Assembly: GCA_049314435.1 (NCBI GenBank)
Contig: JBMOFD010000066.1
Coordinates: 1 to 10,375, forward strand
Direction of reading: 5' to 3'
Length of the DNA: 10,375 nucleotides
Source of the DNA: Chlamydiia bacterium
GTDB taxonomy: Bacteria > Chlamydiota > Chlamydiia > Chlamydiales > JBMOFD01
Shown: piece by piece, positions 1 to 6,782 of the stretch
Layout of the letters: every line of letters begins with the position of its first letter
Position numbering within the stretch: position 1 is the first letter of the stretch
Program-made: the position numbers and the translations under genes
The notes under the pieces: model-generated
The model's input: the letters and a program-made list of their open reading frames with translations, nothing else
Databases searched by the model: none
Told to the model about the DNA's origin: nothing

Positions 1-59
1 ACTTTGCGAGCGACTACACTGAAAACAGCCTCTGGCTCAACTTGGGATGTGACTTCTAG
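1..59 (+). CDS. 3' end of an upstream gene, probably an outer-membrane beta-barrel protein (partial)
   Basis: The frame from nt 3 reads FASDYTENSLWLNLGCDF* (TAG 57-59). Alternating hydrophobic residues, Gly at -4 and a terminal Phe match the BamA beta-signal pattern. Only 18 codons are visible. Confidence 0.45.
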   Translation, partial: FASDYTENSLWLNLGCDF

Positions 60-180
60 GATCTGCTCAAACGGCAGACCTAGAGATCCAGTGTTTCTAG
101 GCATGCAACTGCTCAAAAAGGCGCTGTCGCTATAGTAGACCTTTGGGTCATGCTTTGAGACATGGCGATGGAGATCCAGG

Positions 181-1083
181 ATGCTTTCTGAGGCGTTTAT
201 TCTATTTGCCTTTGCCCTTGCAGCGCGTAGCTTCTGGGTGGCGGGGCGTTCGAGTGGCTGGAGACATGGTCTATCCTCTGCGATGACCTGTGGATGGTCA
301 CTTTGGGCGCTGCTCCTCATTTGGGTGTTGCCTCTCCGGTGGCCCTCTCAGATGTCGGCCTGGCAGCAAGGCGCCTTGTTGGGAGCTCTCATCGTGGCTC
401 TGTGGGTGATGTTCGACCCACGGGTGCGGAAGTTCGGTCGCGGCAGTTGGGACCGAGCTCTCTTTGCTGCCGTGCAGTGGGCCGTTGGGGCAGTCTTTTT
501 GGTATGGTACACCTTTGGCTCAGGGGGCCATGATCGGCCGATCCTTACCCTAGAGCTCTCCGGTAAACAGGCAATTCAGGAGGCCGATTATCAGCTTCCT
601 GGGACGGCGCTACAACACCATGCCTTTGCCGTGCACGAGGTTCTAGTTCGCTATCCCGAGGGCCAACTCACGCTACCGCTGCGTGGCGACGTCGTCTCAG
701 TCCGTAGCCGCCACCTGCGCCTGACTCCCTTCCTACAATTCCTTGGGTTTGGGCCTCTCATCTGGATCGATGGCCTTCGATCAGAAGTCTTGGATCCTAA
801 GGAGGCTGAACAGTTCCCCACACAGTTTGTGGCATTACCGTTGCCACAGTCTCTTCTGGCACCTGAGTGGTTGGGTTGGGCCATGAATGTATGGACCGAG
901 GCCTTCCTCGCCATCCCCTCGAACTGGTGGATCGACGTGGCGCAACTGGAGTCCTCTGGGATCTCGATGGTGAGGTCAGATGGCACCCCACAGGCAGGCA
1001 CCTGGGAGGTGTGGGGCACGCCATCAGGAGTGATCGTACGGCCTCAGCTTGGACCTCCGATCGAGAAACTCCCATCGGAGTAG
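181..1083 (+). CDS. Hypothetical membrane protein (about 4 N-terminal hydrophobic helices plus a soluble C-terminal domain)
   Basis: 300-aa ORF with GGAG at 170-173 before the ATG. Trp-rich hydrophobic segments lie in the first ~112 aa. No family motif recognised. Confidence 0.8.
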   Translation: MLSEAFILFAFALAARSFWVAGRSSGWRHGLSSAMTCGWSLWALLLIWVLPLRWPSQMSAWQQGALLGALIVALWVMFDPRVRKFGRGSWDRALFAAVQWAVGAVFLVWYTFGSGGHDRPILTLELSGKQAIQEADYQLPGTALQHHAFAVHEVLVRYPEGQLTLPLRGDVVSVRSRHLRLTPFLQFLGFGPLIWIDGLRSEVLDPKEAEQFPTQFVALPLPQSLLAPEWLGWAMNVWTEAFLAIPSNWWIDVAQLESSGISMVRSDGTPQAGTWEVWGTPSGVIVRPQLGPPIEKLPSE

Positions 1084-1113
1084 CCATCATAGGTTCGTTC
1101 TGAGCGCCTAGTG

Positions 1114-1142
1114 CTTGCATTTCAAGCCATCATGCTCCATGC
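1114..1142 (+). promoter_or_regulatory. Conserved upstream element, copy 1 (CTTGCATTTCAA; TTGCAT is -35-like)
   Basis: The identical 12-mer occurs at 1114-1125 and 1486-1497, with continued ungapped similarity downstream. The TTGCAT hexamers lie 63 and 66 nt before the ATGs of the two paralogues. Confidence 0.5.
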
Positions 1143-1177
1143 GCGGGGTGTGATGACCGTGGATCTGTAGAGGTACT

Positions 1178-1431
1178 ATGTGCGGATGGGTTTTGAGACG
1201 ACGCTTCGTGAGCTGGATGATGTGTTCCATGCTTGTTGCGGGTGGAAGCAGCACGATGCCCTCCGTGCTGCTGGCCCAGCAGGTTGGAGGGCACCACGGC
1301 AGTGGTGGTAGTCACGGTCATAGCGGGGGGGGGCTTTCTGCAGCAGGCTGGATCTATATTCTTTTATGATTGAAGATGCCGTCAACCATACGGAACAGGA
1401 CGAGAGCGACAATGACGATCGTGCGTCCTAA
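1178..1431 (+). pseudogene. Gly/His-rich exported small protein, frameshifted (or phase-variable) paralogue of 1553-1960
   Basis: ORF 1178-1369 (63 aa, RBS AGAGGT) shares its leader with the downstream paralogue. The -1 frame continues as ...MIEDAVNHTEQDESDNDDRAS* (TAA 1429-1431), resembling the paralogue's acidic tail. A G9 tract lies at 1325-1333. Confidence 0.6.
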
Positions 1432-1448
1432 GGCCAAGTAGCCTCTCC

Positions 1449-1482
1449 AGGCCGGTGAGCAGAATACCTGCCCACCCGGCCT
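1449..1482 (+). terminator. GC-rich stem-loop between the two paralogues (possible terminator or stabiliser)
   Basis: AGGCCGG-TGAGCAG-aatac-CTGCCCA-c-CCGGCCT forms an imperfect stem 17 nt after TAA 1431. The downstream U-tract is poor. Confidence 0.4.
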
Positions 1483-1485
1483 CCT

Positions 1486-1514
1486 CTTGCATTTCAAAGC
1501 ACTATCCGCCATTC
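1486..1514 (+). promoter_or_regulatory. Conserved upstream element, copy 2 (CTTGCATTTCAA)
   Basis: Matches 1114-1142 and is followed by the RBS GGAGGA and ATG 1553. Confidence 0.5.
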
Positions 1515-1552
1515 CTGAGGACAAGATCGACTTTGGTTGGGAGGATATAGAC

Positions 1553-1960
1553 ATGAGCAATTGGGTCGTGGGGAGTGGCTTCGTCAGGTGGACGATGTGT
1601 GCAGTCCTTGTGTTGGGCGGATGGAATGGTCCTATGCAATCGCTCCTCGAGGCAAGAGGCGGTGGTGGTGGTGGGCACTTTGGTGGCGGAGGCGGACACG
1701 CTGGTGGTGGAGAGCATGGCGGTGGCATGCACGATGGGGGCGACCACGGTGACATGCACGGAGATGGTCACGGTGATTGGGGCCATGACGGGGCCTACCA
1801 CGATGGTGCCTACGTGGGACCAGGGGTGGCTGGCGATGCTGCCCTAGTCGGTGCTGGGGTCGTTGGTGGAGCTGCGCTAGGTGCGGCAGTTGCCAGTTCC
1901 GACGACAACGAGGGAGAGGTCTCAGAATCGGACGATAGCGATGGTGAGGACTCAGACTGA
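1553..1960 (+). CDS. Gly/His-rich exported protein with glycine-zipper segment and acidic tail (135 aa)
   Basis: ATG 1553 follows GGAGGA and is preferred over TTG 1487. The protein has a signal-like leader, a Gly-rich region with 9 His including HDGAY x2, GAGVVGGAALGAAVA, and a D/E/S tail. Confidence 0.85.
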   Translation: MSNWVVGSGFVRWTMCAVLVLGGWNGPMQSLLEARGGGGGGHFGGGGGHAGGGEHGGGMHDGGDHGDMHGDGHGDWGHDGAYHDGAYVGPGVAGDAALVGAGVVGGAALGAAVASSDDNEGEVSESDDSDGEDSD

Positions 1961-1962
1961 AA

Positions 1963-3750
1963 TCAGCTGAGTTTGGCCTCTAGTTCAGCCCAACGCGCAT
2001 AGAGGCGGTCGCGCTCAGTGAGCGCGGCCGCCATGCGCTCACATCGCTGGTGCAACTCCGCACCAGCACATTGCGACATGCTCTCCTCTAGCTGGAGGAT
2101 CTCTCCATCGAGCAGCTGGATCGCCGGCATCATCCCATCTAACTCTCGCTGTTCTTTGAACGAGAGAGCTTTTGCCTTCTTCGCCGGAGGCGGGGATGAA
2201 GAGGAGATTTGACCTGAAGCATCCTTTGATGGCTCAGGAACCTTCTTCTTTTGCAGGAAGGCTTGAGCCTGAGCCCGGTCTGCAAAATACCCAAAGCGAC
2301 CTGCACCATCAAACGCGAGGACCTGGTCTGCCAGGGCGTCGATCAGAGCTCGGTCGTGGGAGATGAACACAACGGCTCCCGGGAAGTCCTTGAGGGCCTG
2401 TTCGAGGACCTCTAAAGTCGGGATGTCGAGGTCATTGGTGGGTTCATCGAGAAGAAGAACGTCCGCCGGTTGCCGCATCAGGTGGGCAATCAGGATACGG
2501 GCCCGTTCCCCCCCAGAGAGTACAGAGATGGGCAGGGAAAGCCGATCGGGATCAAAGAGGAATCGCTGCGCCCAGCCATTGACATGGATCTGCTGGTCTC
2601 TCACGCGCACAAAGTCCCCATGAGGAGACAGAGCTTCGCGCAGAGTGAGATGAGCGGGGAGCTGAACTCTGTGCTGATCGAAGGTCACGATACGCAGATC
2701 ATCCGCTGGTTTGCGCGTGCCCATGTCGGCGTCGAGCTCTCCTGCCAGGATTTTGAGGAGCGTGCTCTTGCCGCAGCCGTTGGGGCCCATAAGGGCAAGG
2801 GAGCAGCGTGGAGAGAGCGTTACATCCAGATTGCGGAAGAGTTCGCGGCCTCCCATCGATTTCTGGAGGTTGTGGCAGACCAGAAGTTTCTGGGTCTCTC
2901 GTTCGGTTGATTCAAACTGAACCTGAGCCTGCTTCTGACGATTACGCGCCTTCACATCGGAGAGATCGTCTAACAACTGATGTGCTTGGCCTGTACGCGC
3001 GCTCGACTTGGTTGTGCGAGCGGGCGCTGTCCTTCGCAACCAGTCAAGTTCGCGTCTTGCCTTCGACGCCATGCTTCGTTCGGTGGTGAGCTGTCCTTCT
3101 AGGAACTGAGCTCGTAGCTCACAAAAAGTTGAGTAGGGGCCGTTGGCGATGAACAGGCCACCAGGGAAGCAGCTGTTCAGCTCCATGGTCTGAGAAGCGA
3201 CCCGGTCCAGAAAGATTCGGTCATGGGAGCTTACGACAAAGGCACAGGGGCTACGAAGCAACCACTTCTCAAGCCACTCAATCGACTCAAGGTCTAAGTG
3301 GTTGGTTGGCTCATCCAGAAGGAGAAGGTCGGGATCAAGGGCTAAAGCGGCTGCGAGGTCCAAGCGCTTTTTCCATCCACCCGACAGTTGCTGCGCGGGA
3401 AAGGTCAGGTCCGTCAACCCACATCGGGAAAGGCACTGCTCAGCGCGGAGCGCGTCGGCTGGCTGACCAGATGCCGTCTGCATCTGGAGGACCACGTCCA
3501 ATACCGTGGCATCAGGAGGAGAGCTCTCCTGGGGGACATACCCGACTACGAGGCCACGGACCCGTGTGATGATCCCGTCGGTCGGTCGGTCGATACCAGC
3601 CAGCACGCGGAGGAGGGAGCTCTTGCCAGAACCATTAGGCCCAACCAGCGCCATGCGGGCGCCCTGATGGACACTGAAGGCGAGATCCTTGAAGAGGAGA
3701 TGACCACCATGGTCGATGGCTAGATTTTGGACGGCAAGGAGTACACTCAT
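1963..3750 (-). CDS. uup: ABC-F family ATPase, Uup-like
   Basis: Two ABC domains: GPNGSGKS/LSGGW/LLLLDEPTNHLD and GPNGCGKS/LSGGE/LLLLDEPTNDLD. No transmembrane helices. The linker contains ELDWLRRTAPARTTKS, and there is a C-terminal coiled coil (LSFKEQRELD...LYARWAELE). Start placed at ATG 3750 (MSVLL). Confidence 0.92.
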   Translation of the reverse strand: MSVLLAVQNLAIDHGGHLLFKDLAFSVHQGARMALVGPNGSGKSSLLRVLAGIDRPTDGIITRVRGLVVGYVPQESSPPDATVLDVVLQMQTASGQPADALRAEQCLSRCGLTDLTFPAQQLSGGWKKRLDLAAALALDPDLLLLDEPTNHLDLESIEWLEKWLLRSPCAFVVSSHDRIFLDRVASQTMELNSCFPGGLFIANGPYSTFCELRAQFLEGQLTTERSMASKARRELDWLRRTAPARTTKSSARTGQAHQLLDDLSDVKARNRQKQAQVQFESTERETQKLLVCHNLQKSMGGRELFRNLDVTLSPRCSLALMGPNGCGKSTLLKILAGELDADMGTRKPADDLRIVTFDQHRVQLPAHLTLREALSPHGDFVRVRDQQIHVNGWAQRFLFDPDRLSLPISVLSGGERARILIAHLMRQPADVLLLDEPTNDLDIPTLEVLEQALKDFPGAVVFISHDRALIDALADQVLAFDGAGRFGYFADRAQAQAFLQKKKVPEPSKDASGQISSSSPPPAKKAKALSFKEQRELDGMMPAIQLLDGEILQLEESMSQCAGAELHQRCERMAAALTERDRLYARWAELEAKLS

Positions 3751-3822
3751 GAAGACATCATAGTGGAAGCAGGGGCTTGCGGGCACGCTCTTTGAGCGGG
3801 CAACCTCTAAGGTTCCAGTAGC

Positions 3823-4968
3823 TTAGGACTCATGCGGTCCGGCGCTTCCAACAAGCTTGGCCTTCAGATCGAGGAGCCTCTGGACGCTTGCATCGAGCCG
3901 CTCTGTGGAGATCACCCCGCTTTCAACGGCCAACTTGAGAGCCGCATGCACACGGGCGATATCCTCGATGGATAGACTGCAGGGTTTGCCGCTATCGATG
4001 ATCTGACCTCCTAAGATCAGTAGATCGCAGCCAGCCTGGAAGGCTCGGGTCGCCGCCGTCTCGATGGATCCCGCTTGATCAAGGACGCCCCGCATATGGA
4101 GAGAGTCGGCAAGGATCACGCCCTTGAATCCGAGATCCTCTCGAAGATAGCGGAGCGTTGGTGCGGAGAGAGTCGAGCAGGCGGCCGGATCCAACGCGGG
4201 GACCAGAAGATGTCCTGTCATGATGGCATTAGCTTCGGGAATTAAGGAGCGGAAGGGTCTGAGGTCGCGCTCAACCAGAGCTTCCCATGACTGTTGGAGG
4301 ACAGGTAGGCCTAGGTGAGAATCGACCGTAGCACTGCCATGGCCTGGGTAGTGTTTCAGGCAGGTGAGTACGGAGGCTTCTCGGAGTCCCTGCAACATGT
4401 GGAGAGCGTATCGAGTGACCTTGGATGGATCGCTGGAAAAGGATCTGTCGCTGATGTAGGCGTCTGGATCGTTCCGGGCTACATCGACCACCGGGGCTAG
4501 ATTCATGTTAATGCCCACCGACCGGAGTGCTCGGCCTGTCCTAACGCCCCAGCTGCGGATCTCCGCCTCGTTTTCCCCTTGGCCCAGTTCCTTGGCACTG
4601 GGGGTGGGCAGCTCTCCAGGGGCTAGGGGCAAGCGCACGACGCGGCCACCCTCCTGGTCAGCGGCTAGGATCAGAGGGATATGAGAGCTCTCCATCGCGA
4701 GCTTCTGCAGCCCAGCACTCAACGTGCGGATCTGATCTACATCGCTTAGCCCATTCTCATATTGATAGTAAACGATGCTGCCCACGTGAAGACGCTGGAT
4801 CAGCTCCACGGCTTCTTCGTTGGGTTCCGTTGCATGTAGCCGTGTCATAAGGAGTTGACCGATCTTTTCATCCAGCGACAGGGTTGCGGTATCGGGAAGA
4901 GGGGCTGCATGGAGGACGCAGGCAAGAGATATGAGAAGGAGCAGACGAGCAGAAAGAGCGGAGGACAT
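3823..4968 (-). CDS. nagZ: GH3 beta-N-acetylhexosaminidase (NagZ-type) with signal peptide
   Basis: Motifs LSLDEKIGQL, DQEGGRVVR, GINMNLAPVVD, KHYPGHG-x4-DSH (Asp-His dyad loop) and ILADSLHM (nucleophile). The N-terminus is hydrophobic. The start is either ATG 4968 or TTG 4986. Confidence 0.9.
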   Translation of the reverse strand: MSSALSARLLLLISLACVLHAAPLPDTATLSLDEKIGQLLMTRLHATEPNEEAVELIQRLHVGSIVYYQYENGLSDVDQIRTLSAGLQKLAMESSHIPLILAADQEGGRVVRLPLAPGELPTPSAKELGQGENEAEIRSWGVRTGRALRSVGINMNLAPVVDVARNDPDAYISDRSFSSDPSKVTRYALHMLQGLREASVLTCLKHYPGHGSATVDSHLGLPVLQQSWEALVERDLRPFRSLIPEANAIMTGHLLVPALDPAACSTLSAPTLRYLREDLGFKGVILADSLHMRGVLDQAGSIETAATRAFQAGCDLLILGGQIIDSGKPCSLSIEDIARVHAALKLAVESGVISTERLDASVQRLLDLKAKLVGSAGPHES

Positions 4969-5164
4969 GAGTAACAGCAGAATCAAAGGGCTGGAGGGAT
5001 GGCCAGTCTAGATCCGGAGAAGAGAAGATGCAATCCAGGAGGTGGGACTATCGATGGCTCTAGCGAACAGATCCGCTTAGATGCAGGCAAAACGACGTCC
5101 TTGCCGGTCTTGTTCATCAGCACCCATACTGTTGATGGCTCATTTTTGTTTGGGAAGGATTGCA

Positions 5165-5494
5165 ATGGTGAGGGTGGGGGATGTGGCTGTTTTAGAACTA
5201 AGGAGCATGCCAGGAGCCGGCCCAAACATATCCTCAAGGTGTACAATCACTCTTAGAGATGGGCGAAAAGTAGGTGTAAGATTGGGAGGAGCCGATATTG
5301 GGCGATTTGTAGAATTTGTGCCCCATTTGGCGCGACAATCAATCGACTTAGAGCCGTTTCAAGAGGCCTATCGCCGTAGATATAGCGTCATGCCGACCCG
5401 GGAAGATGCCGAGATGGTGCTATCGACGTTGTTCGAGCCAGTGCCTTCGCCTTGTTGGCTGATATGGCTTGGAGACGACTGCACCATCCTGTAG
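5165..5494 (+). CDS. Small hypothetical protein ending in a CaaX motif (CTIL); candidate host-prenylated effector
   Basis: The open frame 5081-5494 fills the gap between nagZ and the DUF2156 gene. ATG 5165 is preceded by GGAAGGA (alternative starts 5135, 5081). It ends ...PCWLIWLGDDCTIL*. Confidence 0.6.
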   Translation: MVRVGDVAVLELRSMPGAGPNISSRCTITLRDGRKVGVRLGGADIGRFVEFVPHLARQSIDLEPFQEAYRRRYSVMPTREDAEMVLSTLFEPVPSPCWLIWLGDDCTIL

Positions 5495-5510
5495 GAGCGA
5501 TGTCTCTGGT

Positions 5511-6680
5511 TTAGTCCAGAGTAGGTGAGTGCACCAGGTGATCCGGAGCTTGTGGTGGGGGCACATTTCTGGAGGACGACAGCTCGATATTGAGGCACTT
5601 GAGAAGAGCGAAGGTCTTCCGAAGGCTGAAACGGCCTCTGGTGAAGACGAATACGGGCCTGGTGATCGGCTTGAACTTCATCCAGAACTGCCGACGTCCC
5701 GTTAGGTTGAAGAGGCGGCTAATCCAGTGATAGGCGGTCGTAAGCCACCGGGCAGCTCGATCAGAGATGCCTGAGATCCCGGCTAGCTCATGATCGGGTG
5801 TGACCGCTGCTGATACGTGGCGACAGCCTTCAGTACTGAGGATCTTGAAGAGAGTATGGAGGAGGAGCTCGGTTGTCCCTGGAGGGGCGGACGGGATGGC
5901 CATGATGTAATGCATCAGCCAGCCCATATCCCCCTCAGGATGTTCACTGCGGATAGCATCTAAGGCTAGTAGAGCGACAATTTTGCCATTGTGGCGGGCA
6001 AAGAACCAGCGTCGAGTGTCTCGAACGGCAAAGAGGTCCACGTGGAGGTAATAGATCTGCAGACCTTTCCTGGAGGCAAGCCACTCATCGGCCACCGCAT
6101 TTAACTCAGCTTCCATTTTGGTTCTGGGATGCAGGCACTCGTGGATCGTGACGTCGTGCCTGGTGGCCTGATTCAGGCGTCCTCTTAGTGTGCCTTTGGG
6201 GCTTGTCTTAGCGTATTCGACAGGATCAAAGAGCATCTCATCTCCGAATTGGATACTGGCGCAGTCATCGAACTCTTCCTCGAGTTCACGGCGCCATTCC
6301 TGTGTGATGACGGCATCCAGGGTGACCCAGCCTTGAGAGGCGCAATAGTCTTCGAAAGCTTTGCGCAAGGCTAGTTGGTCCTCCGGAGCACAGAGTGGTG
6401 GCCCAAAGATGACAGCACAATGACCCGAGAGTCGGTATCCCAGAACTCCTTGAGTGCCGGGTGCTTGAAACAGGGTGACCAGAGGGTCAAGGAGAGCCTC
6501 AGATCCGAGGCCTACGGCCCATCTAGCGAGCCAGTCCTCGATTGAGAGGTGTCCCATGTGGTGGAGACGAGATGAGCTGGGTTGAGCCAATAGAGCCTCC
6601 AAAACAGGTTGGGTTTTGCCGCAGAGAGCTGAGAGCCCCCAGAGCACAACCAATGCAACACACCGCAGGATCAGTTCCAT
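5511..6680 (-). CDS. DUF2156 / phosphatidylglycerol aminoacyltransferase (MprF synthase-like) domain protein lacking the flippase domain
   Basis: Recognisable family segments: GYRLSGHCAVIFGPPLCAPE, QFGDEM, LRGRLNQA, VADEWLASR, AIPSAPPGTTELL and GRRQFWMKFKP. There is only one short N-terminal hydrophobic stretch. The start is uncertain (ATG 6680 or TTG 6704). Confidence 0.8.
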   Translation of the reverse strand: MELILRCVALVVLWGLSALCGKTQPVLEALLAQPSSSRLHHMGHLSIEDWLARWAVGLGSEALLDPLVTLFQAPGTQGVLGYRLSGHCAVIFGPPLCAPEDQLALRKAFEDYCASQGWVTLDAVITQEWRRELEEEFDDCASIQFGDEMLFDPVEYAKTSPKGTLRGRLNQATRHDVTIHECLHPRTKMEAELNAVADEWLASRKGLQIYYLHVDLFAVRDTRRWFFARHNGKIVALLALDAIRSEHPEGDMGWLMHYIMAIPSAPPGTTELLLHTLFKILSTEGCRHVSAAVTPDHELAGISGISDRAARWLTTAYHWISRLFNLTGRRQFWMKFKPITRPVFVFTRGRFSLRKTFALLKCLNIELSSSRNVPPPQAPDHLVHSPTLD

Positions 6681-6740
6681 GCATGTCGCGATGGAGCCGT
6701 TCAAGTTCCTAGGGATGTACCTGTTTGAGATTTATTTTAA

Positions 6741-6770
6741 TCGGGGACCCCGAAGAGATCGGGGTCCTGA
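6741..6770. terminator. GC-rich inverted repeat downstream of sodN
   Basis: GGACCCCGA (6745-6753) and TCGGGGTCC (6759-6767) form a perfect 9-bp stem with a 5-nt loop, just after the sodN stop. On the minus strand it is followed by an AT-rich but not U-rich tract. Confidence 0.5.
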
Positions 6771-6782
6771 ATGGGAGCAAGG

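Noticed and set aside
1487..1552. TTG start giving a 157-aa product
   Set aside because: The TTG is part of the shared upstream motif. The strong RBS and the paralogue alignment support ATG 1553.
1354..1755. 133-aa Pro-rich minus-strand ORF
   Set aside because: Antisense shadow of the GGN codons in the Gly-rich gene.
1655..1815. GGT/GGC repeats as a possible CRISPR array or DNA-level repeat
   Set aside because: Explained by Gly/His codons with synonymous variation. No repeat-spacer structure.
2018..3723. Multiple + strand ORFs inside the ABC-F gene
   Set aside because: Shadow ORFs opposite a well-supported gene.
4983..5256. ORFs 4983-5246 (-) and 4999-5256 (+)
   Set aside because: They are mutually antisense, overlap the CTIL ORF and have no recognisable motifs. 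The 4-bp overlap with the nagZ TTG start is not sufficient support.
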